IMG/VR virus record: IMGVR_UViG_3300035670_000014
Coordinates: 64,001 to 128,000 of that record
Strand: one strand, 5' to 3'
Length of the DNA: 64,000 nucleotides
Source: a virus
A model generated the notes under the pieces. That model had not been told where the DNA came from. It was given only the letters and a program-made list of their open reading frames with translations, and did no database searches. The stretch's first letter is position 1; every line of letters begins with the position of its first letter. Of the stretch, positions 9,604 to 19,554 are shown one piece after another. A program made the position numbers and the translations under genes.

Positions 9604-10509
9604 TCACTTAAAGATTTCAATCATCAGGTCAACCAAAGGATGACGCATTACCTTCCTTAGATTTACCCAGGAAGTATAAGGTGACTGAAGATAAAGTGGA
9701 TGATTAACCATAGAGATTAGAGAGTTCTCTCCTTGAAGTCTACGGGATGCTTTATCATCTTGCTTAGTGTCTCCCATGAGTACAAGCTTAGAGTTTTTAC
9801 CTATTCTTGTGCTTAGGGTTTCAAGTTGACGTCGCCCAAGATTCTGGGCCTCATCACATATAACCAAGGCATTGCTAAAGTCAACGCCTCTCATATGCTC
9901 CAAAGGAATAATCTGTATTACGCCTTTGTCAATTAAAGTCTGTATAAATGTAGCTGAATTGTTACCAAGTATTTTGTTAAGTGCGATGTTGTAGCTAATC
10001 ATCTGAGGAGACATCTTCTCAAAGATGCCACCAGGGACTTCGCCCATAGCCTCGTCGTCATCGTCATGCACCTGCGTCCTAGGTTTAGTTAGTACAAGGG
10101 TGTCATAAACTTTATTGGTAAAGACTGAGTCGACAGCAAATGCCATAGTAAGCAAAGTTTTACCTGAGCCTGCATTGCCAGTAATAACATTACATGCAAT
10201 GTCAGGATTGCGAAGAGACAATAGAGCAATCTCTTGCTCTAGATTAGCTGGACGAACTTTAACGCTCTTTCCAATAGTGCCCGAAGGGCTTGGAACAGCA
10301 ACAATAGAGTCAGCTCGATACAAGACTATTTGAGATTTATTACCAGACCTAAAGCATCTATACTGATTGACACCAGGTATAGATAGTATAGCTTCCTCGT
10401 CTGATAAATCAAGACATAAGTTACGAATTTCGTCGTAAGTTATAGATCCATGGTCGTCAAGAAACTTTAAAATAATTGGATCAATTAAGTCCAAAACTAA
10501 TTCTGACAT
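9604..10509 (-). CDS. phoH: PhoH-family ATPase
   Basis: GNAGSGKT, MRGVDF, DEAQN and GDTKQDD. Confidence 0.9.
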   Translation of the reverse strand: MSELVLDLIDPIILKFLDDHGSITYDEIRNLCLDLSDEEAILSIPGVNQYRCFRSGNKSQIVLYRADSIVAVPSPSGTIGKSVKVRPANLEQEIALLSLRNPDIACNVITGNAGSGKTLLTMAFAVDSVFTNKVYDTLVLTKPRTQVHDDDDEAMGEVPGGIFEKMSPQMISYNIALNKILGNNSATFIQTLIDKGVIQIIPLEHMRGVDFSNALVICDEAQNLGRRQLETLSTRIGKNSKLVLMGDTKQDDKASRRLQGENSLISMVNHPLYLQSPYTSWVNLRKVMRHPLVDLMIEIFK

Positions 10510-10515
10510 ATTTAC

Positions 10516-11718
10516 TCATTGAATATGGTAGTAATTACATGGAACCTTAGATAGATTATTCTTTGGTCCTTTATTAATTACCAGTATATCTAAAGGAATA
10601 TTAATTGTGGTGTCAATAGGTGAGTATACGCCATCGCTTAATAATAAAACTCTAGATACATCAGGTAATGAATCTGCAAGGCTAAGTGCCTCTGTAAAGT
10701 TTGTACCACCTCCTCCTCTAAATTCAGCCTTAAGAAAGTCCGCAAGAGAAGAATAAGAAGATACAACCTTACAGTCAGAAACAATTATCTTTGTGTTTAT
10801 ACCTCTTCTTGTAAAACCCAAAGCAACCTGAAGATAAAGATTATAGTAATCTTTATTAGTTGAACCTGATGTATCTAGAATTAAACAGACAGAGTTATTG
10901 TGATTAACTTTAACTCTACCTGGAAGGGTGTCATGGTATCTATTAATACGAGAGTATGAGTAGTCATAGTCCTGACTATCAGAAAGAAACTCATCGTAAG
11001 GATAAAGCTTAATTAAAAGTGGATTTATCCTTGTAAGAGATACGCCGGAAAGAAAAGAATTATTTGAGGAAGAAGTCTCAGGTAACATGGAGTTACTAAG
11101 AGACTTCATCAAGGAAGCAGAAGATTCCATAATCTTTAGATTAGACTTTAAGTCTATACTCTTGGACTCGTTAATACAAATAATCATATCCGTAGAGTCA
11201 GGAGTATAGTTTTCGTTATCTATAAGTTCCTCAAAGTAAATATCCTCGACAGTATGAGTTTCAAGACTCTGATTTGACTTGAGAAAATAACCAGAAAATG
11301 GATATGTAAAGTCAAGATCAATAGTCAGAATCTTTTGAATCCAAGAATTAATATATCTATCTAGAGCTACATTCCTTCTATATAGATCTTCGACAGTATT
11401 AATTTGATCTTGGACTCTCCATGGGTGACCGAGGAATAAATGAGCTGTCTCATGTAGTATGAGATGTAAAAGTTGAGGATCCGATATTGAGTCTATATAA
11501 GGTGAGTGATAAATGACACTATACTTATTGTCTTTACCGAAGTAAAGACATGCAGTTAGTTTAAAATCACTACCGTACTGAGACTTAAGTGCATCCTCAT
11601 TTTCTTTTGTCATCTCCAGCCAAGGAAGAAGCTTGGCCATTTTAGAAATATCGCCTACTTTATGAGACAATTTCATTAGAGTATTTTTGCAATTCTCAAT
11701 GCGAGAATAAGCAGACAT
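10516..11718 (-). CDS. Metallopeptidase-like plus vWA domain protein (DUF2201-like)
   Basis: HETAHLFLGH zincin motif, MIDAS DTSGS, GGGGTNF and LSDG. Confidence 0.82.
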   Translation of the reverse strand: MSAYSRIENCKNTLMKLSHKVGDISKMAKLLPWLEMTKENEDALKSQYGSDFKLTACLYFGKDNKYSVIYHSPYIDSISDPQLLHLILHETAHLFLGHPWRVQDQINTVEDLYRRNVALDRYINSWIQKILTIDLDFTYPFSGYFLKSNQSLETHTVEDIYFEELIDNENYTPDSTDMIICINESKSIDLKSNLKIMESSASLMKSLSNSMLPETSSSNNSFLSGVSLTRINPLLIKLYPYDEFLSDSQDYDYSYSRINRYHDTLPGRVKVNHNNSVCLILDTSGSTNKDYYNLYLQVALGFTRRGINTKIIVSDCKVVSSYSSLADFLKAEFRGGGGTNFTEALSLADSLPDVSRVLLLSDGVYSPIDTTINIPLDILVINKGPKNNLSKVPCNYYHIQ

Positions 11719-12839
11719 TACTTCACCTTTAACATTGAACTGAAATAAGCATCTTGCTTAAGGGTCTTTAGGATTGAGCGACCACTATCAGTTCTTGTTA
11801 TGTAAGTCAAGCAGGCAGAGAATAATTCGGGAGATTCTTTCTTAAGTCCTTGAAGTACAAGGGAAAGATTGGAAGTGTAGGTAACAGACTTCTTAGAATT
11901 TATAATGACGTCCATCAAGTCAGTCTGGCAAATCTCATCAACTATATTAATATAGTCTACAGATATAAGGTCCTTAATCTTGTTGGGATCTTCTAGAAGA
12001 TCTATTACACTTATTTGCTTCTGATAGAACCTTGACAGGTAAATGGCAGTATTAACCTTACCTATCAGGCCGTCAGATAAAGCCTCGACTGCAAGTATGA
12101 AGTCTGTTCCTTCAATGGAAATATTGTTATGCTGAGACCTGTAGGATTCAACATAGTCAAATATTCTCTTAAAGTTTGTCAAAGACCTCGGACACAGAGC
12201 AGAGTAGGAACTTATTGATTCTATATCTGCAGAAGATGTAGCTATAGGTTCAGAGATAGAAAAGTGAGAATAAGATACAAGTGACTTAAACTCAGAATCA
12301 GAAGAATCTAAAGTTGCAGATACAAAAGATTCTTTGTTAGACTCTACATAAACATGAGAGAATCTATTCTTCTCTTGTTCCTTCAGAGGCGAGCCACCGA
12401 ATCTTGCAATGTCGTAATTACCTGCAGCAAAGATTACTGTATTAGCAGGCAAAGGATACTCATGCAGGATTCTTTCTGAAAGCATTTGCATTGAGGCTGC
12501 CCTTTCCTGCTTAGCACCGAGTGGATACTCGTCAAGGAATAATACAAATAATCCTTTGAAGTCAGAAGTAGGAAGCCAGTGTGGCCTTGATCTTCGATTA
12601 ACTTTATGTCCGTTTACTTCTATGAAGTAGGGAATACCCCACTCGTCGGGCTGACAATCAGCTAGGCGTAAATCTACAAACTTTAAGTCAATTTTATTTG
12701 ACTCTGCAAACTTCTTGGCAGAAGATGCGATTATGGAGCTCTTACCTATACCGCTAGGGCCCCAAAAGAAAGTATCAATTTGACATTCTAAAGCAAGAAA
12801 GCATACCTGTTCCATCAGGTCGATGTCAATGGTTATCAA
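11718..12839 (-). CDS. MoxR-like AAA+ ATPase
   Basis: GPSGIGKS, VDLRL, LFLDE, AAGN, NRF and PRS; adjacent to the vWA gene. Confidence 0.85.
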   Translation of the reverse strand: MITIDIDLMEQVCFLALECQIDTFFWGPSGIGKSSIIASSAKKFAESNKIDLKFVDLRLADCQPDEWGIPYFIEVNGHKVNRRSRPHWLPTSDFKGLFVLFLDEYPLGAKQERAASMQMLSERILHEYPLPANTVIFAAGNYDIARFGGSPLKEQEKNRFSHVYVESNKESFVSATLDSSDSEFKSLVSYSHFSISEPIATSSADIESISSYSALCPRSLTNFKRIFDYVESYRSQHNNISIEGTDFILAVEALSDGLIGKVNTAIYLSRFYQKQISVIDLLEDPNKIKDLISVDYINIVDEICQTDLMDVIINSKKSVTYTSNLSLVLQGLKKESPELFSACLTYITRTDSGRSILKTLKQDAYFSSMLKVK

Positions 12840-13953
12840 AAGCAGGCTCCAGGCTAATTAAGCTATCAATATCAGTAGCAGGTATTTGAGCTATCTGCTG
12901 CTTTCTATGAAGGAAATCTCTTGCCTCAATCGGGGGCAAGGAATGGGCAGATGAAAGCTTAGCAAGCAACTCTGAATTACTTCTGAGTAGTTCGTAAAAC
13001 TTATCACCTTGACCCTTAAGTAGAACTTCACCAGTCTCAGGGTCAATAATTGTGTACCACTTGTTTGCGCCAAGTAGGAACCAGGGACTCTTACACCTGA
13101 TAAAGTAATTTATCAGTGACTGAATTCTGTCAATGCCGTAGTTGTGAACTACAGAGAACGTGCAAGTGGCGTGAACCTGAGCAGCTGTCTTACTCTTGAT
13201 AATAGTAGCAACTCTAGTGTCATCTTTAGAGTTAGGCTTTGTAAGTTCTATCCTTACGTCTGGATAGAATACTGCAGCCCTGCCGCCGCTAGCATTATTA
13301 CCTCTAGCACCCATTGGGGTAATGTTAACCCTAAGCTGATTTGCCATCAGGAAGAGAACATTGTTCTGTGCTGCCGAGTTCTTTAGAAACTTAAGAACAT
13401 CTGTGCCGAACCTGGCTAGAGCGCCTACGCTCTGATTGCCGATCTCTTCTGCTTTCTGCTCTGTAGGAGTCTCTATGGCAGCCCATGAATCTATTGCAAT
13501 AACAGCAACAGCTCCTGATTCCATCAAGTCCATTGCAGTATTAACAATCTCTTGGCCGTTAATAGATGGGTCAATGATAACCCGACCTTCATACCATGGG
13601 TCACCAATAAGAAAAGCAGCATACTCTCTGTCGAGAGTACCTTCTACGTCAGCAAGGTAAGCATACTTAGTTGGATACTTCTTCAGTACTTGGGCAATAG
13701 TCTCTAGAATAAGAGTAGATTTGCCGCCTGAGAAAAGGCTCTCTATAGAATACATTCTACCCATTGCAAAGCCACCTCCTAGAAGTGAGTCTAGCTCTGG
13801 GTCATTAAGAGGAACAAGTTCCCAGTCAGGAACATCAAGAGATGACAGCAAATGATTAGTCTTCCTTGACTTAGAAATAGCGTCAATAATGGCTTGAACT
13901 TTTTTAGATTCGTTTGATGAAGTGGGTTTTTCTTCTTGTGCTTTTCTTGCCAT
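12826..13953 (-). CDS. recA: RecA/UvsX-like recombinase
   Basis: LDSLLGGG, SGGKST, DVEGTLD, IAIDSWAA, NQLR and SGGRA. Confidence 0.9.
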   Translation of the reverse strand: MARKAQEEKPTSSNESKKVQAIIDAISKSRKTNHLLSSLDVPDWELVPLNDPELDSLLGGGFAMGRMYSIESLFSGGKSTLILETIAQVLKKYPTKYAYLADVEGTLDREYAAFLIGDPWYEGRVIIDPSINGQEIVNTAMDLMESGAVAVIAIDSWAAIETPTEQKAEEIGNQSVGALARFGTDVLKFLKNSAAQNNVLFLMANQLRVNITPMGARGNNASGGRAAVFYPDVRIELTKPNSKDDTRVATIIKSKTAAQVHATCTFSVVHNYGIDRIQSLINYFIRCKSPWFLLGANKWYTIIDPETGEVLLKGQGDKFYELLRSNSELLAKLSSAHSLPPIEARDFLHRKQQIAQIPATDIDSLISLEPAFDNH

Positions 13954-13960
13954 GAAATCC

Positions 13961-14770
13961 TCAGTATGATTGATCTATTAGTATATCTAGAATCCTGTTA
14001 AACTTACGCTCAAATCTTTGAGCTTTAGCTCCAACACCAGAGTATCCTGAGATATTCCAGTGGCCATTAGAATAGTCAAATCTATTAATAAATTGAGCTG
14101 TATATGGATAAGCAAACTCTGGATTTATTAAGTCGGAACAAGAAGGGCGATTTCTTAACCTCATGCTTCTATTACTAAGGACTTGAGTCGGCCCACATGC
14201 AATGTAGTTTTCCCTGTTAGATATTTCTTCTGGAGTAGAACAGTGATGAGAAACATATGATCCATCTATATCCTGGGTATAGGTCCTACAGTCGCCGTAG
14301 GATTCGTTTGTATAGTTACTTTCGTAGCCGGCAATAATTATTAATCCAGCTGCAGTTGCGTAAGCATCTGGATATTGTCTTGCTGCATTGGCTATGTAAG
14401 TTGCAACCTCATCAAGCTCAGGCTCAGGGAGGAGTCTAATCCTAGCTCTAGGATAGAGACCCTCTTGAACAAGCATGAGATCTATATCTACCATCTTAAC
14501 GAGTGACCTCTTAACGAAGTCCTTTAAGTTATCTGGTGAACTGTAGTTAGACCGATAAGTTGCGTAGTCATCCTGAGATGAATAGTTAGCATCAACAGGA
14601 CATTCAATGTTTTCATAAGTAGGTTGTTCTTCATCAATAACAACTTCTACAGTAGTATCTTGTGTTTCAAGATTATCAGGAACGAGTACTGCCTTTACAT
14701 ACTGAGAGATAAGTAAAATAGTAATCATAAAGATAATAGAAACCAAAATATTTCTTTTATTGTTGTTCAT
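13961..14770 (-). CDS. Membrane-anchored lytic transglycosylase/lysozyme-like protein
   Basis: N-terminal TM segment; YESNY (catalytic Glu), GPTQV and SGYSG resemble SLT motifs I-III. Confidence 0.55.
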   Translation of the reverse strand: MNNNKRNILVSIIFMITILLISQYVKAVLVPDNLETQDTTVEVVIDEEQPTYENIECPVDANYSSQDDYATYRSNYSSPDNLKDFVKRSLVKMVDIDLMLVQEGLYPRARIRLLPEPELDEVATYIANAARQYPDAYATAAGLIIIAGYESNYTNESYGDCRTYTQDIDGSYVSHHCSTPEEISNRENYIACGPTQVLSNRSMRLRNRPSCSDLINPEFAYPYTAQFINRFDYSNGHWNISGYSGVGAKAQRFERKFNRILDILIDQSY

Positions 14771-14777
14771 TTTATTT

Positions 14778-14996
14778 TTACTTTTCGTTTTGGAAAACTA
14801 GATCAAGAAGCTCAGTATGAGTATACTTCTTGTTGCCTAGCTGAATATAGTTATCTCCAGATTTAACACCCACAGCATAAGAATGAAGTAGATCTGAAGC
14901 ATCAGAAGAAGCTTCCTCTATAAGCAGAAGCAGACTGCTTACTAGCTTAAGTGCATCTTCTTTGTCTCTTATTACTGGCTTAAGTTGTTCACTCAT
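14778..14996 (-). CDS. Hypothetical protein
   Basis: 72-aa ORF with GAGG upstream. Confidence 0.6.
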   Translation of the reverse strand: MSEQLKPVIRDKEDALKLVSSLLLLIEEASSDASDLLHSYAVGVKSGDNYIQLGNKKYTHTELLDLVFQNEK

Positions 14997-15121
14997 TTCA
15001 TCCTCTTTATTAGTTTAAAATTAAAGTTCTCAAGAATCTTGTAATAGAAAGCCTGGTTCTCATTTTGAGCAAGAATAAAGGTACAAATACCCCAGGCAAA
15101 GTAACTGAAAGTTATTAAGGG

Positions 15122-17119
15122 CTAAAACTTAACAACGCATCCAGTAGAGTCGCAGTACTTCTCTCCTACTCCCTCTTCGTTAGAAGACAGAGTCATACTA
15201 GAAGTATCAGTAATAGATGCAAGCATCTCATTATACTTAGCTTCATCTATTGCCTCATATGGAGCCTGGATGTAACCAGTCTCAGAAAGCTTTAAGAAAG
15301 AAATAGTTTTAAGCTCGGAGTCGAAAGCTTCGAGGACAGGCTTAATTTGATTTGCTTCATCTTCCTTAAATGTTACAGTTACACTGACTGAGTTATCAGC
15401 CCAATACTTCTGCAGGTCAGCGCAAAGCTTTACCTGCTCCCATATGGTTACATCAAACTTAGTCTTGGTAAAGTACTTTTCCTTAACAGGAAAAGATACA
15501 ACCATTGCATTAGAACCGTAAGCATCAGGCTCAACATGATAGCCCATCTGGATAAAGTCCTGAACCATGGGATTATCATTAGCAAATCTAATCCGGCGAA
15601 TATAGTACTCACTCTCTGGATAGTGCATACCAGGTGTAGCACCTGCAAGCAAGCTTACAGAACCAGAAGGCTTCACCGTTGTGAGCTTCTTGCTCCTTGG
15701 AATACAGAGCCAATCTGAGTAGGACTCATCCCAAGACTTGATTAAGCTATACAAGTATGATGAATTGTCCATAAACTTTCTATAGCCAAACTTGGCAATG
15801 GCCTGAGTTATTCCTGACTGGCTGATTCCGAGTCTTCTGTTCTTTAGCATTACAGCATTGGTCTTGGGCCAATGAGTATTGGTCAAAGTAACAGACTTGT
15901 TGTAAAGGTAAGCAAGCTTACCTATAGATACAAGCTCCTCAATAGAATCAAGATGAGCAGGGAATATTTCTACAAGGTTACAGAGCTCTCTGTTCTCAAG
16001 AGTAATCTCTGCACAAGGATTTACGCCTTTAACTTTGACATCAAAGTTTCCTTTGCCATCTAAAGTACGGCCGTAATGTCTTGAGTTATCAAGCCAGTGA
16101 AATCCAGGTTCGCCATTGATAACACACTGCTGAGATAGTTCAGAGTAATCCATACCCGGTGTAGCAGTAACAGTATTGTTACTATTCCAGCGCCAAGCAT
16201 AAAGTTTCTCTTGATCATTCTTAAGCAAAGTAAACACCTTATCTTCTGGATCGCCAATAGCAATTGCAGCAGAACGTCTTACGTTACCAGCAACAACACA
16301 TCGACCAATAACATTCTGTGTATCCACGATAAGTTCAGAGTCAATAAGCTGACCTACTTTAGCGTTCCATAATTGACGTATAGTCGTGTGTAAAAGCTTT
16401 AAAGGCTCAGGGCCAGAGGATGTACCTCCAAAGCGAACAATAGCACATCCAGCATCTCTAAGCAAGCTATAGTCAAAGACTACCGTAGCAGTACCATCAA
16501 TATAAGAATTAACCAAATGCTTAACTGATTCAGCCCAGCCTTCTCTGGAATCAGGAATAGTGTAAACAAATGTTTCATTAGGATTAGGAGCCTTAACGTG
16601 TAGGCGTCCAGCACCTAAAGTGTCGTAACCTACACCAATGCCAAGCATAAGGGCATCCATAATCCATTCAAAGATTTCACCTTTGTCTGTTTCAATTGTC
16701 TCAGTAGAAATAAAAGAACAATTATAAAGAGCAGCACCAGTACGCTCCATAACATACCGAGTTCCCATCATCCATAAGCCTCTACCTGGAGGTAGAAACT
16801 TAAAGTTGAACATGGCATCGTACATAGCTTCAGCAGTAGCGTTAGCTTTAGATTCTATCCATGGAAGTCCTGCATTTTTACAGTGATCTTTCTGTATAGA
16901 GAATACACCATTAACTACACGCTGAATGCACTCATGCCATTCTTCTGTCCTTTGTGGATCAAAGGATTCATGCCTCTCTTGCATCCGTCGAGAGTAAGTT
17001 CTCTTGAATGTAATGTATCCTACAGGGCCCCAGTCAATAGACCGGGTAGCATAAGAGTCTACAAAGTCTTGATTAAGTTGAAAGCTAAGATGGGGAAAGT
17101 AGTTAATTTCTTGATGCAT
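15122..17119 (-). CDS. nrdJ: Class II (adenosylcobalamin-dependent) ribonucleotide reductase
   Basis: RTYSR, PPGRGLW, YNC, GNVRRSA, NPCAEITL, CNL, TTVKPSG and C-terminal CDSTGC. Confidence 0.95.
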   Translation of the reverse strand: MHQEINYFPHLSFQLNQDFVDSYATRSIDWGPVGYITFKRTYSRRMQERHESFDPQRTEEWHECIQRVVNGVFSIQKDHCKNAGLPWIESKANATAEAMYDAMFNFKFLPPGRGLWMMGTRYVMERTGAALYNCSFISTETIETDKGEIFEWIMDALMLGIGVGYDTLGAGRLHVKAPNPNETFVYTIPDSREGWAESVKHLVNSYIDGTATVVFDYSLLRDAGCAIVRFGGTSSGPEPLKLLHTTIRQLWNAKVGQLIDSELIVDTQNVIGRCVVAGNVRRSAAIAIGDPEDKVFTLLKNDQEKLYAWRWNSNNTVTATPGMDYSELSQQCVINGEPGFHWLDNSRHYGRTLDGKGNFDVKVKGVNPCAEITLENRELCNLVEIFPAHLDSIEELVSIGKLAYLYNKSVTLTNTHWPKTNAVMLKNRRLGISQSGITQAIAKFGYRKFMDNSSYLYSLIKSWDESYSDWLCIPRSKKLTTVKPSGSVSLLAGATPGMHYPESEYYIRRIRFANDNPMVQDFIQMGYHVEPDAYGSNAMVVSFPVKEKYFTKTKFDVTIWEQVKLCADLQKYWADNSVSVTVTFKEDEANQIKPVLEAFDSELKTISFLKLSETGYIQAPYEAIDEAKYNEMLASITDTSSMTLSSNEEGVGEKYCDSTGCVVKF

Positions 17120-17332
17120 ATATATAGAGGGGTTAAGGGGGTTATAAGATTATATCAACCTTCCCTTTGAGGTTAAAGAACTTATTAAGCTCTTTTACAA
17201 ATTAGAGCATAAATTAAAGTTAATTAAAGTCAAAGACTTAGATAACTTAATAGATGCTTTAACAAGTTAAGCGCCACACTTTTTATGTAGCGCCTAACTT
17301 GCAAAGCAAAGACAGACTTGTAGTTTTAAAAA

Positions 17333-17638
17333 TTAGGCACCTGCTCCTGAACCTTCAGAAGCTGAACCTTCGGTAGCTGATCCCTCAGTAGGTGAACTTC
17401 CCTCTTCAGTAGGTGCTGAACCTTCTTCAGTGGAGCCTTCTTGGGTTGAACCTTCAGCATCTGGTTCAACAGGACCTGAGTCTTCACTTGTAGAATCCTC
17501 AACAACATCGACATCAGCAGCTACATCGGCATCAACAGGTGTGACTTCTTCCTCGTCTCCACCACAGGCAGCAAGATAAACTGATAGAACTAATAGAGCA
17601 AAGAACAAGGTAAAGATACGAAAAGAAAATGTATTCAC
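17333..17638 (-). CDS. Lipoprotein with acidic EGS repeats
   Basis: Signal peptide with lipobox LAAC; EGS repeated six times; AGGAG RBS. Confidence 0.75.
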   Translation of the reverse strand: MNTFSFRIFTLFFALLVLSVYLAACGGDEEEVTPVDADVAADVDVVEDSTSEDSGPVEPDAEGSTQEGSTEEGSAPTEEGSSPTEGSATEGSASEGSGAGA

Positions 17639-17797
17639 GAAAAACTCCTAAGTTAGTAATTCGAGGGTAAAAGCACCCAAGAATATAAAGGTATTTATAT
17701 ATTATATCAATCTTTTATCTGAAGCTAAACAATTTACTAGATTCTCTTATATATTAGAGTATCTTAAGAAGATAAGCCATCTCAGTGTAGATTGCTG

Positions 17798-18823
17798 CTA
17801 TTTCCTGCCTCTTAAGCTAGAGACAAACAGTAATTCTTTATTCCTTAAATGGCTCACTTCTCCTACTACTTCTCCGCTAGGATTATAGATTCCAATTTGT
17901 GCGCCCACATAACGCTTGAAATCTTTTTCAATAACCATGAGGTCAGCGTCACGCTCTAGTAAGATTTGTTCAATCTGTTCGCGGCTTAAGTATCCTTCGT
18001 CATTGAAGGATACTACTAAATGGGGACACTTAGCAGAAGAAACAATATGACGTAAACCTGATTCAGCTTCACGTTTCCGATTAAAAATACTTGATCTCTC
18101 TCGAACATCAACGCGCTTACAGGCTATTCCATACACTTCCGGCTTGTCCCACAATACCAGAGATTCCCAAATATGGTAGTTTCCCAGGTAGTTGTGCTGG
18201 TTGTACGGTGGGTCAATATAGCAAATATCAGCATCGAGAGTGCCAACTATATCGAGTGCATCTCCCTGGTTGGCTTCTCCTTTTCCAGATGCAGCCCTAT
18301 TTAAAATATTTGGCAAGCGCAAATTGAGATCATTGTTTGACCTTGCTGCCCATTGCTTCAAGTAGGCCATCTGAACGCCAGTCGTCGAGTCGACACGGTC
18401 AGCTGCTTCCATGAGTGAAACGAGAACCACGGCTCTCAGTTCAGGTTCGAGTCCCATCTCCTCGATACGCTCACGAATAGCATCAATCCGTTCTCCATTT
18501 TTAGGTTGGAAGAATCTACTATTTTCGCAGAATGTTTCAGTGAAATATCCTGGACGGCCAGGTATTTGATTCAGTTCTGTAATAATTCTTAGTGCGTCGT
18601 CAGCACAATCTTCTCGATCTGCAACAACGTAGCACTGTGCCAACTCCTTTGCATATGCATTGAGGTCGTTTGAAATTACTCTATAACCTGCCCCCTTAGC
18701 AGCATGACCTACCCGACTAGTACCTGAGAATAGGTCGACGACCGTACCACTAGGAGTCAGCTGCTGAAAGGTTTCAATAATAGTTGGTAATAGGGTTCTT
18801 TTAGAACCTAGATACTTGATCAT
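17798..18823 (-). CDS. N6-adenine DNA methyltransferase (D12 class)
   Basis: YLGSK, DLFSGT and IDPPYN; visibly more GC-rich than the flanks. Confidence 0.92.
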   Translation of the reverse strand: MIKYLGSKRTLLPTIIETFQQLTPSGTVVDLFSGTSRVGHAAKGAGYRVISNDLNAYAKELAQCYVVADREDCADDALRIITELNQIPGRPGYFTETFCENSRFFQPKNGERIDAIRERIEEMGLEPELRAVVLVSLMEAADRVDSTTGVQMAYLKQWAARSNNDLNLRLPNILNRAASGKGEANQGDALDIVGTLDADICYIDPPYNQHNYLGNYHIWESLVLWDKPEVYGIACKRVDVRERSSIFNRKREAESGLRHIVSSAKCPHLVVSFNDEGYLSREQIEQILLERDADLMVIEKDFKRYVGAQIGIYNPSGEVVGEVSHLRNKELLFVSSLRGRK

Positions 18824-18892
18824 AAGAAACTCCTAAGTTAATTAATTTCTAGATCAAAGTATCTAGAAAAATAAAAGTACTAATATAGTAAA

Positions 18893-19492
18893 TCAATCTT
18901 CTCTATGGGTAACAGGTGCATTCTTAAGCTCCTGGCCCACGGTATAAGAGAGAGTCTCTAGTGTTCTTCTTACAAAGGTAAGCCTTTCTCTTTTAGTTTG
19001 CCAGAAGAAAGTCAAATAATCTGCGAGCATTTTTTGATTATGTATCTCAGTATTCTCTGCTTCTATCTGGTACTTAAGCTCGTCATTACTTGGAGCCTTA
19101 GTACCAGACCTAGAAGACTTGAGTGCTCTGAATCTCTTAGAAGAGATGTCATCTAGCTCGCGAGACAGAGCAGAGCTAACCAAGGTAGATTCCTCAAACT
19201 TAAAGCTAGCATACTCGTAAAGAGAAGAGCATTTAGAGAGAAGCTCTTTAATGTCAGAAGAGTCTGGAGATTTAGGAATCTTAATAGCAAATATAGAATT
19301 CCATTCCTCCAGAGTCTTATTATCAATCTTAAGAAGTTTATAGTCATCAATCAAAGAAAGAACAGCCCTACGACTCCTAGCCATAGACTTAAAGAACTCG
19401 GCAGAGTTTCTTTTGCCGTCTTCCTCAATGGAAATAACCGGGACTTCTTCAGCTGGAGCTGCAACTGGACTGCTGTCAGTTTCTTGATCCAT
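18893..19492 (-). CDS. Hypothetical helical protein
   Basis: 199-aa ORF with long amphipathic helices. Confidence 0.6.
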   Translation of the reverse strand: MDQETDSSPVAAPAEEVPVISIEEDGKRNSAEFFKSMARSRRAVLSLIDDYKLLKIDNKTLEEWNSIFAIKIPKSPDSSDIKELLSKCSSLYEYASFKFEESTLVSSALSRELDDISSKRFRALKSSRSGTKAPSNDELKYQIEAENTEIHNQKMLADYLTFFWQTKRERLTFVRRTLETLSYTVGQELKNAPVTHRED

Positions 19493-19521
19493 TCCTATTC
19501 CCTTGCTTGTTGTGAGTTCTC

Positions 19522-19545
19522 AAAGAGAAAAGCCCCTAGCGGGGC
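19522..19545 (-). terminator. Intrinsic terminator
   Basis: GCCCC-GCUA-GGGGC followed by UUUUCUCUUU, after the spoVG-like gene. Confidence 0.7.
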
Positions 19546-19554
19546 CCAGAACAA

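Noticed and set aside
14993-15124. TAG readthrough or recoded genetic code (open frame after the nrdJ TAG)
   Set aside because: NrdJ ends at its natural C-terminal Cys pair, many genes end in TAG at tight gene boundaries, and core genes are not fragmented under code 11.
17642-18840. 14-bp direct repeat AAACTCCTAAGTTA flanking the MTase as a target-site duplication
   Set aside because: It is the RBS-containing leader (AACTTAGGAGTTT), also present before the HNH gene at 43721, so a shared translation-initiation motif explains it.
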